Assembly: GCF_028688295.1 (NCBI RefSeq)
Contig: NZ_JAQTYM010000004.1
Coordinates: forward strand, 643-64,642
DNA length: 64,000 nt
Source of the DNA: Sulfuricurvum sp.
GTDB taxonomy: Bacteria > Campylobacterota > Campylobacteria > Campylobacterales > Sulfurimonadaceae
Direction of reading: 5' to 3'
The notes beneath the pieces are model-generated. The model had not been told where the DNA came from, did no database searches, and saw only the letters and a list, made by a program, of their open reading frames with translations. Numbering within the stretch: the stretch's first letter is position 1; every line of letters begins with the position of its first letter. Positions 17,188-26,656 of this stretch are shown one piece after another. Made by a program: the position numbers and the translations under genes.

Positions 17188-18669
17188 TCAGTAGCCGAAC
17201 ATCATTTTGAGAATAAAGAAGAAAAGTGCTGCCATACCTGCTGCTGCGGGGAGGGTGATAATCCATGCCATAGCGATAGGTTTCATCAGTTTCCAGTTTG
17301 CATCTCGGTTGAGCATACCGATACCGATTACAGCACCGACGAGGATATGGGTGGAGGATACCGGAATCCCCATGACGGTTGCGAGGAGGATAACGAGTGT
17401 CGCACCCAACTCTGCGGCAAACCCGGTGACCGGGAAAATTTCAGTGATACGACTTCCGACAGTATCGATAACTTCTTTTCCGATAAACCAGAGTCCTGCT
17501 ACCAACGCGACACCGAATGTTGCCATAGCAATGAAAGGGACGGGTGACTCGGTATTGATTTGTCCTGTTGCCAAAATATCGATAATAGCTGCAAATGGCC
17601 CGATAGCATTTGCGATGTCATTAGCCCCATGACTAAACGCGAAAGATGACGCGGTGAGGACTTGAAGCATGCTAAAAACACGCATTGTTGCTTTGTGAGG
17701 TGTATCTTTGTGCATTACTTTGATAATCGCATACACAACACCGTACATGAGGGTTGACATGACGGCAAGCAGCATATAGATTTGTACATCATTCAAACCC
17801 AGATCAGCATTTTTAAGCCCTTTAAACAACAACATCCCGGCAATCATCGCAGTTCCGAATGCTGCAACGATCGGGGCATGCGTACGTAGGGCATAAAAAG
17901 CATTTTGTTTTTTCTTGAGACGGTTTAGCTCATGTACCTGATCTTCATGCTGTGCTTTCTCTTCAGCAGTTGCCGTGGTTTCATCGTGCGCTGATTTTAA
18001 CGTTGTGATTTGGGTTTTGATGTCATCAATATGGGCTTGTACGTTGTCGTTATAATCGAGGATATTCTTTTTCAAATACCAATAAATTCCATACGAGGCC
18101 ATTCCTCCGAGTACAGGAGAAACCACCCAACTGATAGCAATCTTGACAATTTGATCCCAGTGAACGAGGGCAAAAACTGATTCACCTACTTCCATTGTTA
18201 CATATCCAAGTGCGACAGATCCACCTAAAACCCCTCCAACGATTGAATGGGTTGTAGAGACAGGGTAGCCTTTAAAGGTTGCATACAGAAGCCATGTCCC
18301 TGCAGAGAGGAGGGACCCCATCATAACGAAAACAAGGAGCATTGGATCAAAATCCATTGCCGAAACATCGACAATCCCTTTTCGGATCGTATTCGTAACT
18401 TCCGCACCGGCGAGCATCGCACCGCCGAGTTCGAAAATAGCGGCAATCATTAGAGCTTGTTTAACAGTAAGTGTTTTAGCCCCTACACTCGTGCCAAAGG
18501 AGTTAGCAACATCGTTACCGCCGATATTGAATGCCATAAAGACCCCAAAAAGGGTAGCTAAAACAAAAAGAGTATAGTTGTTTTCGAGATAGTTAAATCC
18601 CCAGACCAAAAAAAATGTGGTCATAAGAACGAAAATACCGCCAAAAAAAAGATTGTCGCGTGAGAACAT
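17188..18669 (-). CDS. Inorganic phosphate transporter (PiT/PHO4 family)
   Basis: Both signature motifs: GGNDVANSFGTSVG and HGANDIANAIGP; PVSTTHS / PVSSTHI. Confidence 0.93.
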   Translation of the reverse strand: MFSRDNLFFGGIFVLMTTFFLVWGFNYLENNYTLFVLATLFGVFMAFNIGGNDVANSFGTSVGAKTLTVKQALMIAAIFELGGAMLAGAEVTNTIRKGIVDVSAMDFDPMLLVFVMMGSLLSAGTWLLYATFKGYPVSTTHSIVGGVLGGSVALGYVTMEVGESVFALVHWDQIVKIAISWVVSPVLGGMASYGIYWYLKKNILDYNDNVQAHIDDIKTQITTLKSAHDETTATAEEKAQHEDQVHELNRLKKKQNAFYALRTHAPIVAAFGTAMIAGMLLFKGLKNADLGLNDVQIYMLLAVMSTLMYGVVYAIIKVMHKDTPHKATMRVFSMLQVLTASSFAFSHGANDIANAIGPFAAIIDILATGQINTESPVPFIAMATFGVALVAGLWFIGKEVIDTVGSRITEIFPVTGFAAELGATLVILLATVMGIPVSSTHILVGAVIGIGMLNRDANWKLMKPIAMAWIITLPAAAGMAALFFFILKMMFGY

Positions 18670-18681
18670 GAAAGCTCCAAG

Positions 18682-18742
18682 TGTAATATAACTGTAATTA
18701 TATTACATAACAGCTACGAAAACATTACAAATTGATTACAAA
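18682..18742. promoter_or_regulatory. TGTAAT/ATTACA repeat cluster upstream of the PiT gene
   Basis: 9-bp perfect inverted repeat TGTAATATA (18682-18690) / TATATTACA (18699-18707), plus ATTACAAA direct repeats at 18724 and 18735 (11-bp period). Confidence 0.5.
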
Positions 18743-18780
18743 CTAGAAATGGAGAGTTTTGCCGCTAAAGGGCAAAACAT

Positions 18781-19314
18781 TTATGGGAGAAGCGTTGCTT
18801 TAATAATTTTTTGAGTTTGAAGCGGTTTGTCACCACTGCGTTGTCCGTTGGTTTGAACATTATTAAGTTTTGACAATACATCATTCCCTGAAACAACACG
18901 ACCGAAGATGGTATGGTACCCGTTAAGCCACGGAGTCGGTGCAGTCGTAATAAAAAACTGACTGCCATTAGTGCGAGGCCCCGCATTAGCCATTGCTAAA
19001 ATACCTGCTTTATCAAAGACAACACCCGATTTAAATTCATCTTTGAACGGTTTTTTCCAGATAGATTCACCGCCGGCACCGGTTCCGGTTGGATCCCCGC
19101 CTTGTACCATAAAGTTTTTGATGATACGATGGAATGTCAAACCGTTGTAATAGCCGTTTTTGACATGAGTCGTAAAGTTTTCAACGGCCAGTGGGGCAAC
19201 ATTTTCATATAGCTCAAGGGTAATAGTACCTTGTGTCGTTTCCAAAGAAACACGTGGATGTTCTGCAGCTAAACTGAGGATTGACGTTAGTAATAAGGCA
19301 AGAATAAGGCGCAT
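18781..19314 (-). CDS. Periplasmic cyclophilin-type peptidyl-prolyl cis-trans isomerase
   Basis: FHRIIKNFMVQGGDPTGTG, LAMANAGPRTNGSQFFIT; signal peptide; ATG at 19314 overlaps the msrB stop. Confidence 0.93.
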   Translation of the reverse strand: MRLILALLLTSILSLAAEHPRVSLETTQGTITLELYENVAPLAVENFTTHVKNGYYNGLTFHRIIKNFMVQGGDPTGTGAGGESIWKKPFKDEFKSGVVFDKAGILAMANAGPRTNGSQFFITTAPTPWLNGYHTIFGRVVSGNDVLSKLNNVQTNGQRSGDKPLQTQKIIKATLLP

Positions 19315-19718
19315 TAGCACTCCTGTGAACGTGGGTTGAATTTAAGACAAACAGAGTTGATACAATAGCGTAAACCAGTAGTTTTTGGGCCATCTGGAAA
19401 GACGTGTCCTAGATGAGCATCACAGGTATCGCATACTATTTCAACACGAATCATTCCGTGGCTTATATCACGATTTTCTTTGAGGGCATCAGGGGAAATA
19501 GGCTGATCATAACTTGGCCATCCAGTACCTGAATCAAATTTAGCGGAAGAATCGAACAAAGGGGTGCCACAGCACACACAGGTGTAGATTCCATCTCCTT
19601 TAAAATCGGCGTATTCTCCACTAAATGCTCGTTCCGTACCATGGTGACGAGCAACAGAATAGGCTTCAGGAGAAAGTAGTGTTTTCCACTCTTCATCACT
19701 CTTGATGATTTTCGGCAT
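19314..19718 (-). CDS. msrB: Peptide methionine-R-sulfoxide reductase
   Basis: [45 protein letters not shown]. Confidence 0.96.
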   Translation of the reverse strand: MPKIIKSDEEWKTLLSPEAYSVARHHGTERAFSGEYADFKGDGIYTCVCCGTPLFDSSAKFDSGTGWPSYDQPISPDALKENRDISHGMIRVEIVCDTCDAHLGHVFPDGPKTTGLRYCINSVCLKFNPRSQEC

Positions 19719-21147
19719 TACAGACCTCCGTTTTTAGTTTAGAATAGGAGATTATAGTCGCTGTTTCTGATGCACGGCTTAGCGCATAGTTGTAATTTTC
19801 AGAAGGGTCTGAAGTTAGCAGCAATAGATGCGAACACGATATACCGCTTAAGCACTCGATACTTGTAATGATAAGATCATCCATGTCTTGAGATTGCAGA
19901 CTAAAATCAAGGGTTAACTTACGCGCATTGAGAGCTAAATATTCATCAATAGGGTCTTTATATAAGGGGATAAAGTTTGCATCTGCAACGACAAGAATTA
20001 CCCCTTTCCCCCCATCAGAAGTATACTTTCGAAGTTCACAGAGGAGAGTAGGAAGAATTTCTTTATCGGTACATTCTACTGTTGATAATGAAGGTCTGCT
20101 GCGATATCCATAGGTTAAATGGACGTTGGTTTGTGAATCTAAGTTTTCATCTATGGAAGTGAAGAGAAGTGTTTTCGTAGGCATCTTAGCTTTGAGTTTT
20201 TCAATAAATCCGCTATCCATGCGATAACTATCATCACAAAAAATTGCCGTCGCATCTTGATAGGATTTAAGGTTATCAATTTCTTCTCGAATGTGAGTAA
20301 AAATAATTCGATTTAAATCGATGCTCAGTGCCCCATAGTACATCAAAGAGACAAACGCATCACGTAATAATTCGGATGCTAAAAGGGTAGGAGCTAGAAT
20401 AACGACTTTCTCTTCATTATTGGTTAAAAGCATTAGCATTGCTTTTCGGATTAAGAGGGTACTTTTTCCACTTCCATAATCCCCATACAAGGTAGTACTG
20501 CCATGAAGCGTTATGGCTAAAAAATGATTTTGCTGCGGAGAGAGAAGTGAGCCGATTGGGTAGTTTGGAGTTGGTAAAAGAAATGTATGAGAGGCTAAAG
20601 CACCGATAATTTGAATACTAGAGAGAGGAACTGATTGATATTCACCGACTGTGTGGAGTTTGCTTTTGATGATATCGACGGTATCGTTTCCAAAAAGAAT
20701 ACGCTCTTTCGGGAGTAACGTATGAAAAGAAGAATCGAGAGCATCAAATTCAATTTCCGAGAGATTTTTCATCCAAATAAAACGTTGTACAGGGGTAAAG
20801 TTAAAAGAAAGGACATCTTCGAGTTTGGAGCGTATTTTTGCTTCTACCCCTTCTAAATGCGTTTCAGCCGGTCGTTTACTTTGTCGTGAAGAGCGTTCTA
20901 CGGTTGCATTCTCAAGGTCAGAGGCTTTCCACTCGAGAGTTTCTCCAAAAAAGATACCATAGTGAGGGAGAAAAATAAGGGTATCGATTGGGGTAATACT
21001 ATGGTGATGGTAGAGTTTAAATTGATGAAAAAATTTCCCTCCCTCTTTAATGACAAAAATTTTTAAAGGGATATTATCTTCAGATACATTGATGATTGGT
21101 TCTTTAGGTTTTGATGAAAAAAAGCGTGTTAAAAAAGAAAAGAACAC
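19696..21147 (-). CDS. NERD-like domain fused to a degenerate UvrD/SF1-like P-loop domain
   Basis: N-terminal [20 protein letters not shown] resembles NERD; Walker A GDYGSGKS; [10 protein letters not shown] (motif Ia-like); Walker B-like IFCDDS. Confidence 0.6.
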   Translation of the reverse strand: MFFSFLTRFFSSKPKEPIINVSEDNIPLKIFVIKEGGKFFHQFKLYHHHSITPIDTLIFLPHYGIFFGETLEWKASDLENATVERSSRQSKRPAETHLEGVEAKIRSKLEDVLSFNFTPVQRFIWMKNLSEIEFDALDSSFHTLLPKERILFGNDTVDIIKSKLHTVGEYQSVPLSSIQIIGALASHTFLLPTPNYPIGSLLSPQQNHFLAITLHGSTTLYGDYGSGKSTLLIRKAMLMLLTNNEEKVVILAPTLLASELLRDAFVSLMYYGALSIDLNRIIFTHIREEIDNLKSYQDATAIFCDDSYRMDSGFIEKLKAKMPTKTLLFTSIDENLDSQTNVHLTYGYRSRPSLSTVECTDKEILPTLLCELRKYTSDGGKGVILVVADANFIPLYKDPIDEYLALNARKLTLDFSLQSQDMDDLIITSIECLSGISCSHLLLLTSDPSENYNYALSRASETATIISYSKLKTEVCNAENHQE

Positions 21148-21260
21148 CGAAAAAACCTTTTAACATAATTTTAGTTGATTGTTGAGAGTATGGTTTGCAA
21201 TAACGATTATAACCAATTTTCAATGTTACAATGTAAATATAGGAAGAAATGAGAGAAGAG

Positions 21261-21278
21261 AGGGGGATAATTCCCCCT
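21261..21278 (-). terminator. Intrinsic terminator downstream of hup
   Basis: AGGGGG-ATAATT-CCCCCT hairpin followed on the minus strand by a pyrimidine-rich tract. Confidence 0.65.
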
Positions 21279-21292
21279 GACATGAGAAGGAA

Positions 21293-21577
21293 TTATTTTC
21301 CAGCAGCAACAGAATCTTTAAGACTTTTGCCTGGTTTGAATTTTGGAACCATTTTATCAGCAGTGCTGTAAGTTTTGGTTGTTCCTGGAACTTTACCGCT
21401 TTTCCCTTTTTGAAGAGAAGCTGCAAAACTTCCGAATCCTACCAATGAAACTTCTTCTTTCGCAACAAGAGCAGCAGTTACCGCTTCTGTGAAAGCTTTA
21501 ATAGCTGTTTCAGCTTCAACTTTTGTTTTGTAACTACCACTTTTTTGAACCAACTCTACGAATTGCGCTTTATTCAT
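21293..21577 (-). CDS. hup: Histone-like DNA-binding protein HU
   Basis: MNKAQFVE, VSLVGFGSF, VPKFKPGKSLKD. Confidence 0.95.
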   Translation of the reverse strand: MNKAQFVELVQKSGSYKTKVEAETAIKAFTEAVTAALVAKEEVSLVGFGSFAASLQKGKSGKVPGTTKTYSTADKMVPKFKPGKSLKDSVAAGK

Positions 21578-21682
21578 TTATTGCCCTTGATTTAGATATG
21601 CGAATAACACTCAAACTCCCCATGTACACGAGGTGTTAATAGGAAAAGTGTTTTAGCCGCGAATACTTTAATATCTCTTAGC

Positions 21683-21931
21683 TTAAATTTTTCTTCTTTT
21701 TTGTATTTTATTGAATAGTTTGGTGATTTTGTGGTTTTTTAGGCTTATTTTGAGCCAATTTTTTGTACTACGGGGTAATAAGAGAGACGTGTTTAAGATT
21801 TTAGTATCTAAATGACGTGAAAGATTTTTACTCCAAACAGACCATTTTTGTGTGAAATTTCCCGAAGATGATATGGATAAAAAAACATCTTCCAATCCGA
21901 TACGTTCTTGTTCACTTAAACTGCTGCTCAT
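21683..21931 (-). CDS. Small basic hypothetical protein (82 aa)
   Basis: ATG 3 nt after the stop of the upstream HTH gene, preceded by GAGG; no recognisable motif. Confidence 0.5.
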   Translation of the reverse strand: MSSSLSEQERIGLEDVFLSISSSGNFTQKWSVWSKNLSRHLDTKILNTSLLLPRSTKNWLKISLKNHKITKLFNKIQKRRKI

Positions 21932-21934
21932 CCT

Positions 21935-22174
21935 CTACCCTTTTAGTTTATTTATTTTTCGGACGACCCGAATGATTTCATCATCTTCTAACATACCCAA
22001 CATATCGATGACTGCTTTTGCAGCTTGAGGTTTTGCGTTCCCCAGTCTCCAGTCTTGATACGTTCGCATGGAAATACCAAGTTCTCCAGCCATCTCTTTT
22101 TGAGATATCTTCTTACCGTTGTGTCCCGCCTCAACGGCATTGTGAAGAAGATTAAAGAGATCACTCATTTCCAT
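21935..22174 (-). CDS. XRE-type helix-turn-helix protein conserved in Campylobacterota
   Basis: ISQKEMAGELGISMRTYQDWRLG HTH. Start set to ATG 22174 after GGAG. Confidence 0.8.
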   Translation of the reverse strand: MEMSDLFNLLHNAVEAGHNGKKISQKEMAGELGISMRTYQDWRLGNAKPQAAKAVIDMLGMLEDDEIIRVVRKINKLKG

Positions 22175-22489
22175 CGCTCCATTGTAATATCCTTTTCTTA
22201 AAATAAACATTAAACCGTATAAAGTATTCGTAATAAATTACTAAAACTTCGTATATATGTATTAAAGTAACATAATAATTTATAAAGCATTTGTTATACC
22301 AGTTTTAAAATCAAATAAACAGTATGAAATATACAGAATACCGTATATAAGTTGCATCTTAATTTAGAAATTTGTAGAATAAATGTGGTATGAGCATGAG
22401 AGATTGTGGTACTGAGATAAGTGAGTGGTTAAAGCGAAGCAAAAATTAGTAGAAGAATTTAGAAGAGGGCCAAGCCCTTTTAAGTGATA

Positions 22490-23152
22490 TTAAGAGAGAA
22501 AATCGGTGTAATCGTATTTTGAGAGGTCGACGTAAAACTCTCCCTCTTTTTGTATGACACGGATATCTGATCCATAGGAAAGTTCAAATCGGCGTTTTAC
22601 CATTTTGCGCGCTTCGGAACCCATGCCGATAAATTTAAGGTACCGTTTTAGCTCAATGACTCCTGTCGGAAGCGTAGGCGATACTGCCGTTGGGGTACTG
22701 ATGTCTACATCGTGGATTGCGTTGTTTTGTGAAAGTAGCAGTTTGGTATTAATAACGTCTAAAAGATTTTTGAGCTGTTCATCTTTTGAGGTGTAGATCT
22801 CTTCGATCCGTTCGCGTTCAGCAATGAGCATTTGCTCTTTGTCATTAACTAAGCGATCTACTTTGGCTTCAAGTTCTTTGATTTTGAGTTTAAGTTGTTG
22901 ATTCTCTTTTTGGTAGAGAGCAATAATCATCCCCACGGTTGTTTTTTGAGGTGCTGGTGCTGGAGGCGGAGTAGGTTTAGTACTTTGGGAAATTTCGAGA
23001 CGTTTTTCTTCATCCAGTGAACTTCGAGGAACAATAATATAGGTTATCCCCCCCTCAATAATATAGTTGAGACGTTTGGTTCGTAGTTTATTTTGGATCA
23101 TCTCTTTTGACATTTTAAATGTCTTTGCATATTCATCGATTGTAAAACGCAC
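22490..23152 (-). CDS. Campylobacterota coiled-coil protein with N-terminal HTH-like segment (DUF3972-like)
   Basis: MRFTIDEYAKTFKMSKEMI, central heptad repeat (LKLKIKELEAKVDRL); GGAGG SD before the GTG start. Confidence 0.6.
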   Translation of the reverse strand: MRFTIDEYAKTFKMSKEMIQNKLRTKRLNYIIEGGITYIIVPRSSLDEEKRLEISQSTKPTPPPAPAPQKTTVGMIIALYQKENQQLKLKIKELEAKVDRLVNDKEQMLIAERERIEEIYTSKDEQLKNLLDVINTKLLLSQNNAIHDVDISTPTAVSPTLPTGVIELKRYLKFIGMGSEARKMVKRRFELSYGSDIRVIQKEGEFYVDLSKYDYTDFLS

Positions 23153-23178
23153 ACATCCTCCTTTTTTATGATGTTAAG

Positions 23179-23233
23179 CACTTTCCGGGCAAAGCCCTAA
23201 AAGTGGCAGGGACAAATGTCCCTACAACCCCCT
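23179..23233. repeat. Intergenic double-hairpin, REP-like palindromic element
   Basis: CACTTT-CC-GGGC-AAA-GCCC-TA-AAAGTG followed by GCAGGGAC-AAAT-GTCCCTAC; a related AGGGC-CAA-GCCCT hairpin occurs near 22465-22480. Confidence 0.45.
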
Positions 23234-23288
23234 AAAGCTTCTCGCATAACTGATTGTGTTATCTTACCAAAAAAATCATTGCAGAGAA

Positions 23289-23942
23289 TTATCGTTTTTT
23301 TGGAGGGGGTGAAAAGCTAATTTTTGGAGGGGGGATAATCCCTCCATGTCGCATCCAAATAAGATAACCGTTACGGGTAATGTTGTGTTTGTCTTGGAAA
23401 GTATGAAGAGAGCTGTGGCGAAAGTCACATTTTTCGAGGAGAAGGCGGAAATCATTGTGGTGCATTAAAAACTCTTGGAGTGTTGTATAAGCACGATCTG
23501 AAATAATGACGGTACTGATAATGAGGTTTTTAATCTCTATGTAGCGGGCACATTCATTGAGTCCATCGCCGACGAAATTTTCATGTCCTAAAATATCTTC
23601 AAAACGATGTACTTTTCCCGTATGTACAGCAACTCTAATCCCTTTAAAATAAGGGTACTCATTAGCGATAAAATCAGAAAAATGGATCAAAGAGAGCCCT
23701 AAAATAGGGCCAAATCCTTTGAGGCTTGGATGTAAAATACAGTAAAACCCATCTCCGGTAGGGATAATGCCCTGAAGCATTTTCGCCATAGGAATGTCGG
23801 AAGATGTGAGCATTTTTTGAATCATTTTTTTGTAGGTGAGAGAGAGATACGAGATTAGCTCTAACTGTTCATCCATCGATAGTCGAGAGAAGTCAATAAT
23901 GTCAATAAGGACAATGTCAGTATCAATAGCTCGTGCGCTCAT
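23289..23942 (-). CDS. Stand-alone class III nucleotidyl (adenylate/guanylate-type) cyclase
   Basis: VLIDIIDFS (first Asp), TGDGF (second Asp), IRVAVHTG, GDGLNECAR (N-x-x-x-R). Confidence 0.78.
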   Translation of the reverse strand: MSARAIDTDIVLIDIIDFSRLSMDEQLELISYLSLTYKKMIQKMLTSSDIPMAKMLQGIIPTGDGFYCILHPSLKGFGPILGLSLIHFSDFIANEYPYFKGIRVAVHTGKVHRFEDILGHENFVGDGLNECARYIEIKNLIISTVIISDRAYTTLQEFLMHHNDFRLLLEKCDFRHSSLHTFQDKHNITRNGYLIWMRHGGIIPPPKISFSPPPKKR

Positions 23943-24082
23943 AAGTTAATCCAGATGGTTTTGTAATATAATCATTGTAATCTAATTTGGCTGAGAGAGC
24001 CTAAATATTCACGAGTGAGTTTTCGAAAATGTTTCGAAAATGTGTTAGTATTCCCGAAATCTATAGTATTAGGCCCTTGAGC

Positions 24083-25579
24083 ATGCAAAAAAGAACGAAA
24101 ATATTAGCGACTGTCGGTCCCGCTTCTGATAAAGTAGAAACCCTTAGTGCTTTGATTAAAGCAGGTGTTAATGTTTTTCGGCTCAATTTTTCGCATGGGA
24201 ATCATGAATACCATGCAGAAGTTCTCTCAAATATCCGTACCGCAATGCGTGAAACCGGATTAATCGTAGGGGTGATGCAAGATATTAGCGGACCGAAAAT
24301 TCGTGTCGGTAAGCTCAAAGAAGATTTTTACTTTGAAAGTGGGGATAGACTCGATTTTTACTATGAAAGTGAGATTGGAGAGCAAATTTCCGCAAATCAT
24401 TATCGTATTTCGATCACTGAAAGTACTATTTTGCGGATGTTAAAGAGTGGCGATTTCGTCTATTTGTATGATGGGCTTATTCGTGCCCGTATTGTGGCTG
24501 TAAACGAAGAGTATCTCCAAGCAGTGATCGAAAATAAAGGAAAGCTCTCCTCCAATAAAGGGATTAATTTTCCAAATACACGACTCGGCATCAACATTTT
24601 GACTGAAAAAGACAAAGTGGATATGGCATGGGGAATCGCTAACAAAGTTGATTTTATGGCGATCTCTTTTGTCCAAAATGGCCAAGATATGATAAATGCG
24701 CGTGAGGTGATTCGCTCATGTAACGGAGATGTTCAGCTTTTCGCAAAAATTGAAAAATTTGATGCTGTGGAGAACATCGACGAAATTTTGCGCCATTCGG
24801 ATGGGATCATGGTTGCACGGGGAGATTTGGGGATTGAGGTTCCCTATTATCGTGTTCCGACCATTCAAAAAATGTTGATTGAGAAAGCGAATGAACACTC
24901 AAAACCGGTCATTACTGCAACGCAGATGTTATTATCGATGACGGAAAAAGATATGGCGACACGTGCAGAGATCAGTGATGTCGCGAATGCGGTTTTGGAT
25001 GGGACGGATGCGGTAATGCTTTCTGAGGAGAGTGCCATTGGTCACAATCCTGTCCTTAGTGTTGAAACGATGGTAAATACGATTCAAGCGATCGAAGAGA
25101 TCTATCCGTTCGGTAAGTTTGATTTTGCCTATAATGATGCGATGGACGTGGTGAATGAATCAGCTGTTCGATTGGGCGATTCATTGAGTGCGGAGGGGAT
25201 TATTGCGATGACAACATCAGGTTCTTCGGCCAAAAAACTCTCTCGATACCGCCCACGTATGACGATATATGCTGCGACGCACGAAGAAAGAATTGCACGA
25301 TTGCTAACAATTGTGTGGGGTGTAGTGCCTGCTTATCTCATTAAAAAAGGTCGTATTGAAGAGATGTTAAGTGACATTATCAAAAGTGGTTTGAAGCGGG
25401 AAATAATTGATAAAAGCCAAACTTATATCTTTACGGCAGGATATCCGATCGGCACCCCTGGCACGACCAATATCATCCGGATTTTACGCGAAAATGAGAT
25501 CACTTTTTTCGGAGAGACAAAGTCTTATCCAAGTAAAACTAAAAAAAGTGACGAAAACGCGATTGCTACCTTGTTTTAA
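24083..25579 (+). CDS. pyk: Pyruvate kinase
   Basis: KRTKILATVGPAS, RLNFSHG, IMVARGDLGIE, ATQMLLSM, DAVMLSEE. Start set to ATG 24083. Confidence 0.96.
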   Translation: MQKRTKILATVGPASDKVETLSALIKAGVNVFRLNFSHGNHEYHAEVLSNIRTAMRETGLIVGVMQDISGPKIRVGKLKEDFYFESGDRLDFYYESEIGEQISANHYRISITESTILRMLKSGDFVYLYDGLIRARIVAVNEEYLQAVIENKGKLSSNKGINFPNTRLGINILTEKDKVDMAWGIANKVDFMAISFVQNGQDMINAREVIRSCNGDVQLFAKIEKFDAVENIDEILRHSDGIMVARGDLGIEVPYYRVPTIQKMLIEKANEHSKPVITATQMLLSMTEKDMATRAEISDVANAVLDGTDAVMLSEESAIGHNPVLSVETMVNTIQAIEEIYPFGKFDFAYNDAMDVVNESAVRLGDSLSAEGIIAMTTSGSSAKKLSRYRPRMTIYAATHEERIARLLTIVWGVVPAYLIKKGRIEEMLSDIIKSGLKREIIDKSQTYIFTAGYPIGTPGTTNIIRILRENEITFFGETKSYPSKTKKSDENAIATLF

Positions 25580-25702
25580 ATTTTACAACCGTGTGCAAAT
25601 CATGGACTAAAAATTGCTTTTATCCGCCGAGGGGCCTAAACGTTTGTTTCGTCACATCTTTTGCCCCTCAAAACCGCTCACCTTTACGCTACAATTACCC
25701 TT

Positions 25703-26419
25703 ATGAAAACCGATACCGTATTTACCAAACCCATTTCAAAACAGTTTGAATTTGATGCTGAAGTTGCTGCTGTCTTTGATGATATGCTTCTGCGTTCTGT
25801 CCCCTTTTATAAAGAGTCACAGACCCTTACGCGCCGATTTGCGATGAACGCCCTAAATGATGGAGGAATCGTCTATGACTTAGGGTGCTCCACCGCTTCT
25901 TTACTGCTTGAAATTGAGCGCTCGGTAGGAAAAAATACAGGAACCCGATTAATCGGAATTGATAATTCCTCGGCAATGATAGAACATGCCCGTAAAAAAA
26001 TTGAAGTATACGGTTCACAGATCGAATTACATGAGGGAGATATTTTGAAATTCACTTATGAGCGAGCCCAAGTAATTATCAGTAACTATACCTTACAGTT
26101 TATTCGTCCGATGCTCCGTGACACCCTTGTAAGAACGATCGGAGATACTTTAAATGAGGGTGGGGTCTTTATTTTCAGTGAAAAAGTGGTGAGTGAAGAT
26201 CCGAAACTAAACAAAGAGTTGATTGATTGTTACTATGATTTTAAAAAGGTACAAGGATACAGCGAATACGAGATTGTCCAAAAACGCGAAGCCCTTGAAA
26301 ATGTTCTTATCCCCTATACGATGAACGAAAACATACAAATGGCCAAAAACAATGGGTTTAAAACTTGTGAAGTACTTTTTCGTTGGGCTAATTTCGCCAC
26401 GTTTATCGCTATCAAATAA
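25703..26419 (+). CDS. cmoA: Carboxy-S-adenosyl-L-methionine synthase
   Basis: [51 protein letters not shown]. Confidence 0.92.
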   Translation: MKTDTVFTKPISKQFEFDAEVAAVFDDMLLRSVPFYKESQTLTRRFAMNALNDGGIVYDLGCSTASLLLEIERSVGKNTGTRLIGIDNSSAMIEHARKKIEVYGSQIELHEGDILKFTYERAQVIISNYTLQFIRPMLRDTLVRTIGDTLNEGGVFIFSEKVVSEDPKLNKELIDCYYDFKKVQGYSEYEIVQKREALENVLIPYTMNENIQMAKNNGFKTCEVLFRWANFATFIAIK

Positions 26420-26422
26420 ATA

Positions 26423-26656
26423 TTAGCGGACACTTCCGATACTAGGATCTTGGGAGGGTTTGAGGACATCAATGACCTCTTGGTACTCAACGATATTTTT
26501 ATCGCATTGTTTATGATAGTACCCTTGTGCATCGTAATACTCTTCACAATTGTTGTAATACTTTAGACTTACCCCTCGGTCGTTAAAGCATCCGCTTAAA
26601 AAGAGAGGCAACAAAAAAAATAAAGTATGTATTTTCATAAAGTTATTGTATCTCAT
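26423..26656 (-). CDS. Small lipoprotein
   Basis: Lipobox LSGC; YYDAQGYYHKQC; ATG overlaps the nth stop (ATGA). Confidence 0.7.
   Translation of the reverse strand: MRYNNFMKIHTLFFLLPLFLSGCFNDRGVSLKYYNNCEEYYDAQGYYHKQCDKNIVEYQEVIDVLKPSQDPSIGSVR

Noticed and set aside
23289-23942. Complete Pycsar/CBASS-like defence system around the cyclase
   Set aside because: No TM/TIR/cNMP-binding effector gene is adjacent; the neighbours are a coiled-coil protein and pyk.
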